DNA of 64,000 nucleotides from Camelus dromedarius (lineage: Eukaryota): NCBI RefSeq assembly GCF_036321535.1, contig NC_087472.1:101930001-101994000 (forward strand), in the 5' to 3' direction. The first letter of the stretch is position 1. Each line of letters opens with the position of its first letter. Both the position numbers and the translations under genes were made by a program. Positions 1 through 13,547 of this stretch are shown here, in pieces. Below the pieces are notes generated by a model. That model saw only the letters and a list, made by a program, of their open reading frames with translations. It was not told where the DNA came from and searched no databases.

Positions 1-414
1 TCTGAAGAGGGTTCTTTTACATAGGGGCTAATTACACAATGGCAGTGGCCAATGACAGAGGGTGGGAAAATGCAAGAACTCAGGGCAAGAGGCAGCAGAG
101 CTGTCATCACCCCTAGGCCTCCAGGGATGGGGGAAGAGAGAGGTTACCAGAAGAAGACAGTCACACAGGCTTCCTTGAAATAAGCGGTAACCTTAGGTCA
201 AGGGACAGCCCAAAGAGGGAACTGAGCAGAATAAATATCTGGACCCCACTGTCCTCCCACCCTCTCATCTACTTCCAGAACTCTTCTGAGTTCCAGCCCA
301 ACTGGACGCCTCTGCACAAGGGAACCCTGTTGACATCATCCACATCGAACAAGCATCCAGGCCATAGAGCAGCCTGGGAAAGGCTGGAGGGGGCCAACAG
401 TAGCTAACTGGCAC
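1..414 (-). mobile_element. LTR33-like ERVL solo LTR, cut by the window start
   Basis: Reverse complement resembles the recalled LTR33 consensus ('atcacccctaggcct', 'gaataaatatctggaccccactgtcctcccacc') and the plus-strand copy at 4165-4576. Confidence 0.65.
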
Positions 415-443
415 GGGAGAGGAGAAATGGCTAAGGATTAGTG

Positions 444-866
444 AGGCATTCCCTCCCCGCCGCCTATTTTGGAAAGTTTATCTTATGCCACTTTGTTTTT
501 ACGAAAGACCTACATCAGTACCTGGTTTCACTAACTAAAAGAAATCTGAAAAGGAGTTTCGCTTTTAGGAAAAAAAGGCAAAAAGTGATTTGTTTTGCAA
601 GGAGCTGAGCCATTAGAGAGGCAGCGCGCATCCTGAGCAGGGAGAGTGGCCCCACCCAGCTCCTTCCTGGGAACTGCACTCACCATCTCAGCATCCAGCC
701 GCCATAGCTCTGACCTGTGTCTGTGAGCACCTGTGCCTTAACTCCATGTATTCTGTGCATCCCTTAGCAAGAGTGTCCTAAGGTAATTGCTTCTTCACTT
801 TACGCCATTTCTGCTTACAAAAGTTTTCATAGGAACGCTCTACTTTCAGATAGTGGGAAAACCTAG
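444..866 (+). mobile_element. TcMar-Tigger non-autonomous DNA transposon (Laurasiatherian type)
   Basis: Tigger-like segments 'tttacgaaagacctacatcagtacctg' and 'ataggaacgctctactttcagatagtgggaaaacct', followed by TA. Subfamily not assigned. Confidence 0.7.
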
Positions 867-1407
867 TATGGGGGGGGGGGTGCGCGCGAGCATGTGCGTT
901 AGATAAAACCATAGGCCCATTAGCAGCACAACAGGCTGAGTTTAACTATCCTGGAAATGATAATGGGTTTATAGTCACCATCCAAACTCTCTTCTTGGGG
1001 TGAGAGAAGCCTGGTTTTGGAAATAGCCACATCTAGGAGCAGGAGTGCGAAGAGAAAACCCTAGCAAAGAAGTAGAGTTTCCCCTGTGGCTGCTAACAGG
1101 ACCACAGAGAACTAGAAAAGGTATTGTCAGGGGGCAAGAAAAGGTGCCAGGTGGGGTGGGGAAGAGCAGAAGGGCTCATAAAGGAAAACAGACATTCGGC
1201 AGTCAGAGAATAGCATGGAGTAGGAGGCAGCTGTACAATGTGTAGTCAGGGCTGTGAGGAAGGGCCTCGGCCCGGAAATTGGCAGTGAGGTAGGGGGCAG
1301 GGAACAGGGTCCAGTTGAGATACCACATTTTTCATAGACTACGACTTTGCTTTCTCCTCTTTTCACCCAGTGTCCTCCTGGAAGACATACAGAGCTTTCC
1401 CTAACAC

Positions 1408-1411
<4 letters not shown>

Positions 1412-1469
<58 letters not shown>
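1412..1469. repeat. (GT)29 microsatellite
   Basis: Pure GT run seen directly. Confidence 0.98.
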
Positions 1470-1473
<4 letters not shown>

Positions 1474-3289
1474 GTTTTCACTTGTCACTAAATGATCAGC
1501 CTTCAATGAAATGCTTCTATTTTGAGGCATTACCATCTCTAAAACAAGATGCAGAAAAGCAGAGGGAGGAGGCAGTTAGGGGCTGCATTTAATCTTCTCT
1601 AATATTGCAGCGCGAAGGAAACTGGAGAATGAAAACACAGTCATTTAGAAAATGGTTGATGAGTCACTGATTGGCACCGGGTGGAGAAAAAGGGCAGTCC
1701 TTATTCATTCAGAGTACGCCTGGTCTTTACAAATGGGCTCCTCACTCTGCTAGAGGGGCATCTGGGCTTTAGAGCCCAAGAGGGTGGCAGAGGGCAAGGG
1801 CCAGCTGCCCAAGGCAGGCAGGGCCCTCCTCCTCAATCTCCCTGCATTTGGCCCTTGAAAATCCTCCAGCTTTAAGAAGCAGAAAGCTTAATGCTGTCTT
1901 GTTCCTCCTGTACCTCTTTCTTGAGGCCTTAATAATACTTTTGGGGAAACTTCAGCTTCAGAGGAAGCAGGCCAAGTAGAAGACGGCACTTTGTGTGACC
2001 ATAATTTTGCCAAAAGACCCAACCCTCCATTACTCATGGAGTTCCTTTCCCAGGTCCCAGGCTACCCAGGTCTCTCTTCGTCTCCCTGCTCTTGACCTCT
2101 TTGTTGTTTATTAGTTCTATAACTGAATTGCTAGGGGTGGGAGATTAGAATCTGTCAAATTAGAACATGGTGAAATGTTCGCCGAGGGAGGAAAATTAAA
2201 GTGCCGGCTAAGCAGAGGCTTGGGGATTGCCTGGGAATTTTGTGTCTGTGTGCCTAAGGGGAAAACAAAACAAAATAAAAATCCTGCCTGCTAAGGGGTT
2301 TGGCCTTGCCTGATAGTTCTTGGACCTTAATGTGCAGATCTGGGCAATGGGTGAGGCACTGAACCCCCTCAGAGCTTGACTGTTCCACAATGAGAAGGGA
2401 AGAAAAGAACGATGTAGAAGGGGAGAAAGGGCAAAGGCCAGGTCAGGCTGGGCTGGAGAGAAAGCCAAGAGACACTGGGAGAAAGAGGGGCAAATTGGGG
2501 GTTGTGAGGAACTGGAGCTTTGGGGAGAAAGACAAGTGAAAAGGAACTTGGCTGTGTGCTATGATCGTGATTCCTTCTTTACATTTTGTTGATATGACAG
2601 GAAAAATTTAAATAGTTTTTCAGTTATTTTCGGTTGATGGAGCGTGTTATGAGAACTGAGCTGAGGTGGACAGCAAAGTGGCCTGGATTTATGCAGATTA
2701 CAAGCCTGGACTGCCTTCTGCCCCTGCGTAGGCACATCCCCCGCCCCTACCCCACGAACAACTTTTACAACATACTTGTATTTTGGGCTGTCTTGCTTAG
2801 TTGGTTGTCCTTGCTCATTCTGGGATAAATTTAACTACCCTAAGTAAAGACAAAGGAACAAAGTCTCATGTTGGATCTAGTTTCAGAAACATAGGCAGAT
2901 CAGCAAGGCCCCAATTAATCTCAGCTTGGAATTCTATCTTGAATATTCAACTGTGAATATCCAGAATCTTCCAACTTTTCAGTCTCTATATTCTTCAAGA
3001 AACTGCTAGGGTGCTGGAGGTAAAAGAGAGACTCAGTGGCCTTCAGACTGTTGAGGAATGTTCCCATTTGTTGGGAGCCTGCAACTACAGTTACTTCTCA
3101 TATAATGTTACTTTAAACATTATTGTATGTAGAATATACAATTTCACTCTTACATATTTTTTCTTTATCAGAATAAGTAATTTGTACTTTAATTTTATGT
3201 ACTCTTTTTAGTTCCTCAAAATACTGAAAATGACTTTAGGCACATACATCTTCCTTTTGTCCAACCAAGATGGAACTCTTCTAGGAAAA

Positions 3290-3860
3290 AAAAAGTTGAG
3301 CAATATACTGAAAGAATTACACATCTTAATCTAGCAGGATTTCTTCCAGGATTGTAAGGTCTCAATAGACATGAAAGCAGCACCTGATAAGACATCACAC
3401 CCATTCCTGATGATAATTCTTAGTTAACTAAGAATATAAGGACATTTCCCTAACAAGATAAAGAATATCTCTCATCAACCAACAGCCAACATCATGCTTA
3501 ATGTTACCAAACAAACAAAAGAGCTAGAAGCATTTCCACTAAAGCAAGGAAGCAACAAAGAAGTCCTGATACCACCACTGCTGTTCACTGTTGCTGAACG
3601 TTGCCCTGTAGGTTCTAGACGCTATGGTAAGACCTTAAACAGCAAGAAGTGGAAAAATTTATCAACATTTCCAGGTGATTTACTTGTTTGCCTGGAGGAA
3701 CCAAGAGAATCTAATGAAAAACCAATGGGCCAAATAATCAAATTCATTAAGGGGGGCCGTTTATAAAACAAATACCCCAAACTCATTTATATCATCTTTT
3801 CTATAAATTAGCAGTATCTAGTTAGAAAATATATTGGGGAAATATCACATGGGTAATAGT
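3290..3860 (+). mobile_element. Ancient LINE-1 ORF2 reverse-transcriptase-region fragment
   Basis: ORF 3494-3766 ('LEAFPLKQG...PLLF...FPGDLLVCLEEP') aligns by eye with L1 ORF2p 'LEAFPLKTG...PLLF...FADDMIVYLENP'; the catalytic motif is degenerate. Confidence 0.85.
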
Positions 3861-3987
3861 TACATTTGTTTTTAAAAGTTAGTTTCAATGTAGACAAGGT
3901 GGTCCACTGCACGTTCATCTGTGACTTCTAGCAACAGAGATGATCACTTTACTGAGTATTTACTATGTTCCAAGTGCTGAAATGAGG

Positions 3988-4612
3988 CAGAGCTTTCCAA
4001 AGTGTATATTAAGAAGAAAAAACTAGCACATTCAACCCGTGATTTCATGGATATTACTGCTTAGGATGGAACATAAAAGTCGCGTTTTTAAAGTAGCTAC
4101 ATTTCAGTTAATAAAAGGGGGTTTTTGTTAAAGAGGGAAATGGGAAAATGCTAATAGAGGCAGTGAGCTGCACCGGTTCCATCTACCCCTCCCAACCCAC
4201 CCACTCTCCCCATTCCTCCTCCCCCTCTCCGGAGGCTGGTCACATCCTGGGCTCAGTCACCGGAGAGCCCCAGCAGGAGATGGTGTGGGGGAACAGGAGT
4301 GGACTGTGGCTGGGGTACTGGTTCAGTCCCCTGCTTCCTCTCCAGTGGGTGTCACTGCAGGTTGACCGAGCCCTGGTCTTGCAGCCTTTTCTAAACGCTC
4401 CCCAGTTCTGCCCATGCTTGCTTCCCTGGCCCCCTTCGGGCGGGGCATGATAACAGCTCCTCGCAACTGCTAGCCTTGGGTCCTCGCTATCCCTGAGCTG
4501 GCTTCCCTGAACCCTGCAGACACTTTTGTAACAGATCCCTTTACTGAACTTTCCTCAAAGTTGCCCTGACTGATACGGTGATATATGTGAATGACTCAAG
4601 TTTGGGAAGCTG
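3988..4612. mobile_element. Degraded hAT-like MITE interrupted by LTR33
   Basis: Imperfect inverted ends 'cagagctttccaaa' and 'tttgggaagctg' bracket the LTR33; family uncertain. Confidence 0.4.
4165..4576 (+). mobile_element. LTR33-like ERVL solo LTR
   Basis: 'ggagagccccagcaggagat', 'cacttttgtaacagatccctttactgaact' and the terminal 'ccctgactgatac' resemble the recalled LTR33 consensus. Confidence 0.75.
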
Positions 4613-4644
4613 AACTCTGCTGTTAAGTCATAATAATAACCTTT

Positions 4645-4786
4645 TAAGTATCATTATTCCCACTTGACACAGGAGGAAAGTGCACCTTAGAGAGTCTTAG
4701 GTAGCTTAGCCGATGTCACCAAACTCCTAAATGGCTGGACGGTCTGGGTTCGGTCTGCTGTTTTAACACTTCACTGCACAGCCTCT
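4645..4786 (-). mobile_element. MIR SINE fragment
   Basis: Reverse MIR core 'attattcccacttgacacaggaggaaagtg'. Confidence 0.6.
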
Positions 4787-5499
4787 TAGGGAAGCCCAAA
4801 ACTGTACCCCACCTGCTAACGCCTCACCTCGTCAATTCTCCAAGCAAAATACAATAGTAATTCTGGCCAACTGTGATCTAACCCCTTGGATTCCTTTTCT
4901 TCAGGCCAAATGCTTCAGAAGATCCTGTTCTGAGGAGTGGTTGGTGACATATCCTTGCACTTACAATCTCTTCTCTTGGCTAATGGTTTGGGGGTTCAGG
5001 GAAGAAAGGGAGCCCTAAATTAACCTTTAGGTTCCCACAGAACTGACACTGCTATAGTTGGCTATGACCCACTTGAGGTGATAAAAATAAAGATTAAGCT
5101 CATATCCACCCAAGAACGGCACACTCCTTCTGAAGCCACGAGAGGTCTCATTTAATTTAAGCCAACTAAGAATAACGTATGGATTTCAAAGGTTTCATGA
5201 AAAACAGGACACTTTATAAAATTCTTTTTTTTTTTTTTGCAGGGGTGGGAGTGGGAGTGAAGACTTACACTTTACTCTTTAGACAGAGGGAGGAGATTAA
5301 AAATGTAAAATAATTTGATGGAGCTTATTTAATGTTTTGCTGAGGAAAAGCTGAGCAATCTTAACTTTTGTGCCTTCTTTCTGGGAGGACAACTATTAAA
5401 AATTTTAATATTGAATTTTTTTCTAAATAAAAATTATCTTTTCAGTATTTGATAACATTGAAAGAAATCCAAAGCCTCAGACGGTCCTTAGAAGGAAGT

Positions 5500-5740
5500 G
5501 CAGCAGTGTGGGTAACAGCATGAACTTTGGCATCAGCAGCCCTGAGACTGACTCCCCAGCTGTGTTATCTCAGGCAAGTTTCTTAACCTCTCTGTGTCAG
5601 GCTCCTCATGTGTAAAGTGAACTAATGATGGTATTTGCTTCATAGGGTTATTGAGAGAAGTAAATGAGCCAGTGCCTGTGGTGCTGTGCTGCTGAACATA
5701 TAGTAAACACTCAACAATTGCTACTGATGATTATTACTAT
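5500..5740 (+). mobile_element. MIR SINE
   Basis: MIR core 'ggcaagtttcttaacctctctgtgtcag...ctcatgtgtaaa' and tail 'atagtaaacactcaacaa'. Confidence 0.85.
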
Positions 5741-6324
5741 TTGAAGCTTCTGTGATAGGCATGGAGGAGGGTCAAAGATCAAAGAATGGTTAAAAGCAAG
5801 TGCTTTAGAGTTTTATAGAGAAAATGAGCATAAACAACAATCAAACAAAGCAGAAAGAATGGATGGTCTGACAGGAACACAGGGTGTCATAGAAATAAAT
5901 CCAGAGAACAGAGAAATTCTTTCCAGCTTTGTATTCTAGGGAAGGATGCACGCCAAAGCACCATTTGGATTGACCCTGACAATAGTTGGGATTTGGGTCA
6001 TTAGATTAGGAGGGATGGGAAACAAAAGGAAACAAAGGCTCAAAGGAAATGGGGTCAATGTTATGCTCAGGGACGGGTGACTGCTGAAGCTTAGCTGGAG
6101 CACCATGTGCAGTAGGGATGAGGGGAGACCAAGGGGCTGGAAAAGCAGACTGGAGGAGATAAGGCAGAAGGCAGGCTGAAGGTGGGAGGGCTGTAAGAAC
6201 CTGAAGCCAAGAATGGAAGGAGAACTGGCTGGAGTCAGAGTTCTGGGCATCCTCCTCCTGGCTTTCTATTTATTCATTGGCCCATGAGACCCCTGATTTC
6301 AGTGTCTTCATTTAGGAATGGAGA

Positions 6325-7010
6325 GCGCTGGACATCGCTATCTCTTTGAGAGTCTAGTTTCAATTATTTTGGAGCTATATCCAGAAGTGCAACTTCCGGA
6401 TCGCGAGATGGTTCTATTTTTAATTTTTAGAGGAACCTCCATAGAATTTTCCATGGTAGTTACATTGTTTTACATTCCCACTCACAGGGCACGAGGGTTT
6501 CAACTTCTCCACATCCCCACATAAATCCCCATGTATTTCCTGGTTTGGGGAGAGTAGTTATCCTAACAGGTGTGAGGCGATACTTCACGGTGGTTTAGAT
6601 ATGCATTTCTCTGATGATTAGTGATGTTGAGCACCTTTTCATATGCTTGTTGGCCATCTGTATATCATCTCCGGAGAAATGTCTATTCAAGTCCTTTGTC
6701 CATTTTTTAATTGGGTTACTTGATTTTATGCTTGTTTGTTTTTGAGTTGTACGAGTTCTTTCTATATTCTGGATATTAACCCCTTATCAAATATATGATT
6801 TGCAATATTTTCTCTCATCCTGCAGGTTGCCTTTCCACTTTGTTGATTATGTTTTTTGATCACAGGTTTTTAAGTTTTTGTTGTTCAATTTATCTATATT
6901 TGCTGTTGTTGCCTGTGCTTTTGGTGTCATAGCCAAGAAATTATTGCCAAATCCAGTGTCATGAAGCCTTTTCTCTTTATTTTCCTCTAGAAGTTTTATC
7001 ATTTTGTATG
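6325..7010 (-). mobile_element. LINE-1 ORF2 3' fragment (old L1MA/MB type)
   Basis: 'gcatttctctgatgattagtgatgttgagcaccttttcatatg'; the minus-strand translation contains 'IKLLEEN...FLAMTPKAQAT' of L1 ORF2p. Confidence 0.9.
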
Positions 7011-7013
7011 TCA

Positions 7014-7283
<270 letters not shown>

Positions 7284-8068
7284 TCAAGCGTTAATTCAAT
7301 GTACACTTCCCATGCATCATATATGAGAGAAGACATGGTTCTAGACACCTTGCATGTGCTCTTTTCATCCTCAGAATGCCCTAACTAAGCGTCTACTGTG
7401 AGTGCAGCAAAACTGCACGCGCTAGGGGTGAAAGGTGATGGAGATACACCCCTCATGCTCAAGGAATTCACCATCGAGTCAAAGTCACCAGGGTTTGTTA
7501 CCACTTTCTTATTTCTCCTTCCCCCTCTCTTTCTTATACTCCGGCTCTTCCTTCTCTCTGACTAATCTTCCATATAGTTCAACATATGTCAGGCTGTCAA
7601 CATATGGCATATTTTGCAAACAGATAAACAGTGGCACATATGCAACCATATATTCCTGGCACACAGATTCCCCAGCTTGGCTTCGTCAGCTGCAGCAGAC
7701 AGCATTTGGTAAGTCTCTCTCAGAAATTCCAGAATGCACAAGCCGCCCATGTATCCTCTGACAAATGGTTAAAAGAAGTTGTTCCATGTCTTCTTAAGTG
7801 CAAAAGCCAGAACACTGCCTCTCTGCCATTTCAGTTCGGAGGCATTTAATACCCAAGGCTCTGTCCTCACTCTCAACTGTTTGGGATGTTCTGACCAGAG
7901 GTCAAGTTGCCCATTAAAGATTCCTTTTCTTTTTTTTTCCATTTGGCAGTATTCATAATCTCCTCTGCACCAGTAGATCAACCCTACTAGGACTTGGACG
8001 GGCTGCACCCTAAGAGTCTTAGTTTTATTTTTAAATGGACAAAACAGACCTAAGTCTCTGTGCAGATT

Positions 8069-8440
8069 CTGTAAATGCCCCACCCACATCCTCCAGCACT
8101 TTCTCTATGTGGCAGCCTGAATGCCTGACTCTGTATTTCTTTGAGGGCTTTCCCTGCTCCTGCACACAGTAGGCCCAAGGGGCTCCTGTACCCCCTCTCC
8201 CCCAGCATCCCTCAACCAATGAGTAATGAGAAACAATGGATCAATGCCCAGGCTTTCTCACCGAGGCAGTGGATCCCAGAGTTCCCACTGGGACACTTGC
8301 TTGATAGTATATCCTAGTTGGCTTCCCCTTGCTCTTACCCAGCACCCACTACCAGTGCTTCCTGGAATGACCCCATAAACAGAGCGCTTGCACTTGAATC
8401 CTTGTATCCGGGTCTTCTTCTGGCGTAACCCAAGTTTAGA
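8069..8440 (+). mobile_element. LTR16-family ERVL solo LTR
   Basis: 3' end 'cttgcacttgaatccttgtatccgggtcttcttctggcgtaacccaag' is typical of LTR16. Confidence 0.65.
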
Positions 8441-8545
8441 TCATCTGAAACTCAACTTTGGAAAAAAGGTGATAATGGCAACACAGGATCGACTCAAATT
8501 TGGGACTTTTGACTGGTGGCCCTGCACTTGAAAAATGCTCTTGGA

Positions 8546-8720
8546 GTATATAAACAACTAGGTCCTACTGAATAGCACAGGGAACTATATTCAATAGCTT
8601 GTAATACCCTATAATGGAGAAGAATCTGAAAAAGAATATATACCTATGTATAACTGAACCACTATGCTATACACTGGAAACTAACTCAACATTATAAATC
8701 AACTATACTTCAATTTTTTA
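8546..8720 (+). mobile_element. 5'-truncated cetartiodactyl LINE-1 3' end with TSD
   Basis: 'tagcacagggaactatattcaatag...caactatacttcaat'; 15-bp TSD aaaaatgctcttgga (8531-8545) / aaaaatgttcctgga (8721-8735). Confidence 0.92.
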
Positions 8721-9349
8721 AAAAATGTTCCTGGATATCAATGAAAGCAGCAGCAGATCCCAAGCTGTTGGAAATACGACACCCAAATTCAACTTGCTCA
8801 CTTGATCTGGTGAGAATGAATCCTGACAGCTAAGCAGAACTTTCTTACCATGGTCACGTGGAAATGGAAACCGGAAGAGAGTGAGAAAGTTGAGTCTACC
8901 ACTTTTTCTGCTCATGTGTGGCTTCTTGCCTCCTACCTCATAAGATCATATTTTGTTCCTTTTCCTTGTAAAGATTAAACTGTACACAAACAATAAGGTC
9001 CAGGAAAGCAGCAGTCGAAGAAGAAAATGAATGAACATGACTGTTGGGTTGTTGTAATAGCTCATCAGAAGTTCAGTGTGTACTAAATCTGAGTTAACAT
9101 TCAACTGCTAAAAACTCAGGTTAGACCCCAGGAATCAAAAGTCACTTAACAAAGGTAACTCCGGACAGCAAGTTTAAAAATAATCTTTATATGATTGCCT
9201 TTTAACTAGCTATTCCAAAATTTTCAGGGAAATTCCAGTGGCAAAATTTGATTTGTAAAAGCTGAATCCAGGGAGCGAGAAGACGAGTTTGAGGTGAGAG
9301 TGAGGCCCATTATGTCTCGAGCCTTGATCCCTTCAGTAAGCTCTATGCT

Positions 9350-9462
9350 AGTGACATCCAACAGAACTTTCTGCCACAATAGAATGTTCTAGAGCTACAA
9401 TGTCTAATACTGTAACTGCTAGTCACATGTGGCTATTGATTACTTGAAACGTGGATAATGCA
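9350..9462 (+). mobile_element. MER3-like hAT-Charlie fragment
   Basis: 'tccaacagaactttctgc...ctagtcacatgtggctattgattacttgaaacgtgg'. Confidence 0.65.
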
Positions 9463-9959
9463 TTCAATGTGTATTATAGTTATTTAAATAATTCATATAT
9501 TATTATACATGCTGTACAACATAATTTTATAATTGTATTATAATTACAATAATGGTTATTCCAGTTCCAACTTTTTTCCCCATCCCCTTCTCCTTCCTCT
9601 CCCCAGCGAAGCCCTGGCTTGAGCTCATTTGCCTGTATTTGACCCAAGCATCCCCTCTTCAGGAGTGATTTTCTGTTCCTGTTTTTCAGACCTGCAGACT
9701 GACCACCACCTCCCAGGCTGTGGAATCTATCGGAGGGCCTGGCCCATGAGGACAGTCTTACAGAGCTGTCCGTCTCCAAACGAAACTCCTCTTTAACCTC
9801 TTTCCTACTGACTCATCCTGGGGTGGGGACACCAGAGGAAATATGGTGACTTGCCTCAAACCTTACATCACGGACATAGTACCTCTTCTCTTCATCCCTA
9901 CGCCTGCTCTGATCTGTGAAGAGCCCTTGATGAACTATCCCTAGTGGACTAGTAAGGCA

Positions 9960-10378
9960 GATGTTGTCAGATGTCTGCATGTATCCCCTTAGAGCCCTTC
10001 ACCATCTTCATGCACATCTGTCACTCCCCACCCCCTCCAGCTGGCACCTGTATCTCTGTTGGAGGGAAGTCCTCAGGCTGCCAGAACCCACTCTGCTATG
10101 CAAGGAGGTCCAGAAGTGCCTGGCAATCTATAGGACAGTGAGTCTTGATTCACTGATTATTACAGGGCTGGTGGGACTATAACTACTCTGGCTCCCTTGG
10201 TCCCTGATGAGAATTTACACTATCCTCAGACCAGAACTGAGCCCAGGTTACCCTCTTGGGGACATTGGTTGATGTACCATCCCTCCCTGGAGTTCTTCCT
10301 TTTCCAGTTCCATCTCCTTACTGGTTTGTATGAACCTGCATCTCTGAGACTACTCTAGGGGAATCCAACCTAAAACAA
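9960..10378 (+). mobile_element. LTR16-family solo LTR (degraded)
   Basis: Ends in 'tctctgagactactctaggggaatccaacctaaaaca'; 5' boundary uncertain. Confidence 0.5.
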
Positions 10379-11558
10379 GTATTTCTTTAAATAAAACAAG
10401 CCAAATCCTAAAATTCACTAAAGCTTCTGCTGCTTCATCTTCGGTTTTTGTTTTTTTTTAATCTCTCTCTTTTTCTCTTTCTCTCTCTGCTTGTTTTTTA
10501 AAGAGACCGGTGGGCAGAAATATTTTCCAATTAAACATTATAAAATATTTTGAGCCTAGCAGAACAGATCAGTGTTTCCTTAAACTCTTGAAAATGTTAT
10601 CTGTCCAACAGATATGTATGTAAAGGTCCTCAATCCAAACATGTGAACCAGGAGCTCAGTGTCAGGCCCTCCAAATATAAAAGGAAAGAGAGGGATGCTA
10701 TTAGATTCAGCAAATATTTGTTGCGGGTATACAGCGTTTGAGGCATTTGTGCCAGATGGAGAGATGAAAGTAACAGGGTACCCCAAGTTGCTCTCAATTT
10801 CACACAGCTCCAAAGAAGGAGTCTGCTAATCACACTGCTGCTTTGCCAAACATACTTGGCGACAAGGACTTATTAAAGATAGAATTGGGCTCTTCAAAAT
10901 CTTTTTTAAAAAATTACCAAAGGGCTACTTCATGGCCTAGTTTCTTTATTAAGTAATAACGCATGGAACGTCTTGTTTTCAGTCCCCAGCAGCTGCCAAA
11001 ACCTGAACATATCAAATCCAACAGATCACAGCCATCCGGGAGATCTATTAATAGCAAGATAATTTTCAAGTCCACTGTACCGAGTAGTGTTTTGTTTTTT
11101 GGTTAGGCATATAATGCATTCCATATCACGTTTGGTGAGTTGTGTTTTGAGGTTGCATTTTTAAAAATAAATCAGGCTTGTTTTAAATTAGGGCAAAAAT
11201 CAACCCATCATTGTTTGGTATTTTGGCTTGGGATATTGTGGTACCACAGCTAATATCTAGGTTTATGGAACCTAAATTAAAACACACTTGTCTCTTCCAT
11301 GTCCTTGTACTGTGTTTATCTGGAATCACAGAAGTGAAAGAAAGAAAATAGCTCTCTGGCAAGGGAGTAAGTTGTAATAATCCCATGAAGCATATCATCT
11401 AACATGGATTCTGGTCCATTTGGGGGCATCTCAAGTGAAGGAGAAGAACTGCACAGGGAGGAAAACAACAGTCTCCCCTGTTCAAACCATGTATCAAGGC
11501 CTCTGTGTGAATATGTCTTGTTTAAAAGTCCTTCCCTACCACAGGGTCATAAAGCTAT

Positions 11559-11940
11559 TATGATGGTTAACTTTTCAACTTGGCTAGGCTACGGTGCCTG
11601 GTTGTTTGGTCAAACACCAGTCTAGATGTTGCTGTGAAGGTGTTTTACAAATGTGGCTTAACATTTACATCAGCAGACTTTGATAAAGCAGATTACCATC
11701 CATATGGACCTGATCCAATCAGTTGAAGGCCTAAAGAGAACAGACTGAGATTCCTCAAGGAATAAAGAATTTGGTCTCTAGACTGCCTTCAGACTCAAGG
11801 CTGCAACATCAACTCTTGCCAGAATTTCCAGCCTCCTGGCCTGCCCTGGGGATTTTAGATTTTCCAGTCCTATGCCCACAATTGTGCCAGTCCATTGCTT
11901 AAAATTAATCATTTCTTTCTCTCATTTATATATACACACA

Positions 11941-11973
<33 letters not shown>

Positions 11974-12054
11974 CCCAATAGGATATGTACACCAATATGT
12001 ATACACACACACATTCTACTGGTTCTGTTTGTCCAGAGAACTCCAACTAATACA
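11559..12054 (+). mobile_element. MLT2 (ERVL) solo LTR with internal CA tract
   Basis: 'tgatggttaac...tcaacttggctaggcta', 'tccaatcagttgaaggcc' and terminal 'ggttctgttt...gagaactccaactaataca'. Confidence 0.88.
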
Positions 12055-12431
12055 GAGATATCTTCTAAAAGTTAAGTTTGGGATTTCACAACTAACTTTT
12101 TAACTCATCTGGAATTGATTTTGTGGATATATTCTTAATTTATTATTTCTTCAGGCAATTTCAAGTCTTTTGTGAAGTAAAAAGAGATAAATGTGTTTAC
12201 CAGTCCTCTAGACTGCAATTCTGTGTATCCTGTCAAAAGCATAAACATCTAGTTCTCATTGTACAAATTCTGATGCAATAGGTCTGAGATGTGGCCTAAC
12301 ATGTATAGTTTATTAATACAGGCAATTCTGAAGTTCTATATAGAAGAATATGTAAATGAATATTTTATATTCTTTGGATAGGAAACATCTGAGAAAGGTA
12401 TTAGAGACAAAATCCATTAAGAAAAAAGTTT

Positions 12432-13492
12432 GACAATCTACGGGATGGGAGAAAATGTTTGCAAAAGATGAGACTGGCAAGGGCTTCATTTCCAGAATAT
12501 ATAAACAGCTGATACAACTTAATAACAAAAAAAAAAAACAAATAACCCAATCTAAAAATGGGCAGAAGACCCAAACAGGCAATTCTCTAATGAAGACATA
12601 CAAATGGCCAACAGGCACATGAAAAAATGCTCAATATCGCTAATTATCAGAGAAATGCAAATCAAAACTACAATGAGGTATCACCTCACATCAGTCAGAA
12701 TGGCCATCATTCAAAAGTCCATGAACAACAAATGCTGGAGAGGGTATGGAGAAAAGGGAACCCTCCTACACTGCTGGTAGGAATGTGGTTTGGTGCAGCC
12801 ATTGTGGAAAACAGTATGGAGACTCCTCAAAAGACTGAAAATAGACTTACCATATGACTCAGCAAACCCCCTCCTGGGCATATACCTGGAGAAAACTCTT
12901 AATTCAAAAAGACACCTGCACCCCAATGCTCATAGCAGCACTATTTACAATAGCCAAGACATGGAAGTAACCTAAATGTTCATCGACAGATGACTGGATA
13001 AAGAAGTTGTGGTAAATTTATACAATGGAATACTACTCAGCCATAAAAAGAATAAAATTATGCCATTTGTAGCAATATGGATGGACCTGGGGATTGTCAT
13101 TCTACGTGAAGTAAGCCAGAAAGAGAAAGAAAATTACTGTATGATATCACTTATACGTGGAATCTAAAAAAAGAAAAGAAATGAACTTATTTACAAAAGA
13201 GAAACAGACTCACAGACACAGAAAACAAATTTATGGTTACTAGGAGTGAAGGGGGTGGGAAGGAATAAATTGGGAGTTCAAGATTTGCAGATACTAATAT
13301 ATTTAAAATAGATAAACAACAAGTTTATACTGTATAGCACAGGGAACTATAGTCAATATCTTGTAGTAACTTATGGTTAAAAAGAATATGAAAATGAATA
13401 TACGTATGTTCCTATATGACTGAAGTATTGTGCTGTACACCAGAAATTGACACAACACTGTAAACTGACTATACTTCAATAAAGATATTTTT
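12432..13492 (+). mobile_element. 5'-truncated young LINE-1 (ORF2 C-terminus plus 3' UTR)
   Basis: Canonical 'agagaaatgcaaatcaaaactacaatgaggtatcacctcaca', translation '[10 protein letters not shown]', and a 3' UTR ending 'gactatacttcaataaa'. Confidence 0.95.
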
Positions 13493-13547
13493 TAAATAAA
13501 ATAAAATAAAATAAAATAAAATAAAATAAAATAAAATAAAATAAAAA
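13493..13547. repeat. (AAAAT)n tract derived from the L1 poly(A) tail
   Basis: Pentanucleotide array seen directly after the L1 3' end. Confidence 0.95.

Noticed and set aside
7690..7720. Splice-donor-like 'TTG|GTAAGT'
   Set aside because: Isolated motif with no supportable upstream acceptor or reading frame.
13493..13547. CRISPR-like or spaced repeat arrays
   Set aside because: All arrays in the window are simple microsatellites or poly(A)-derived tails with no unique spacers, in a eukaryotic context.
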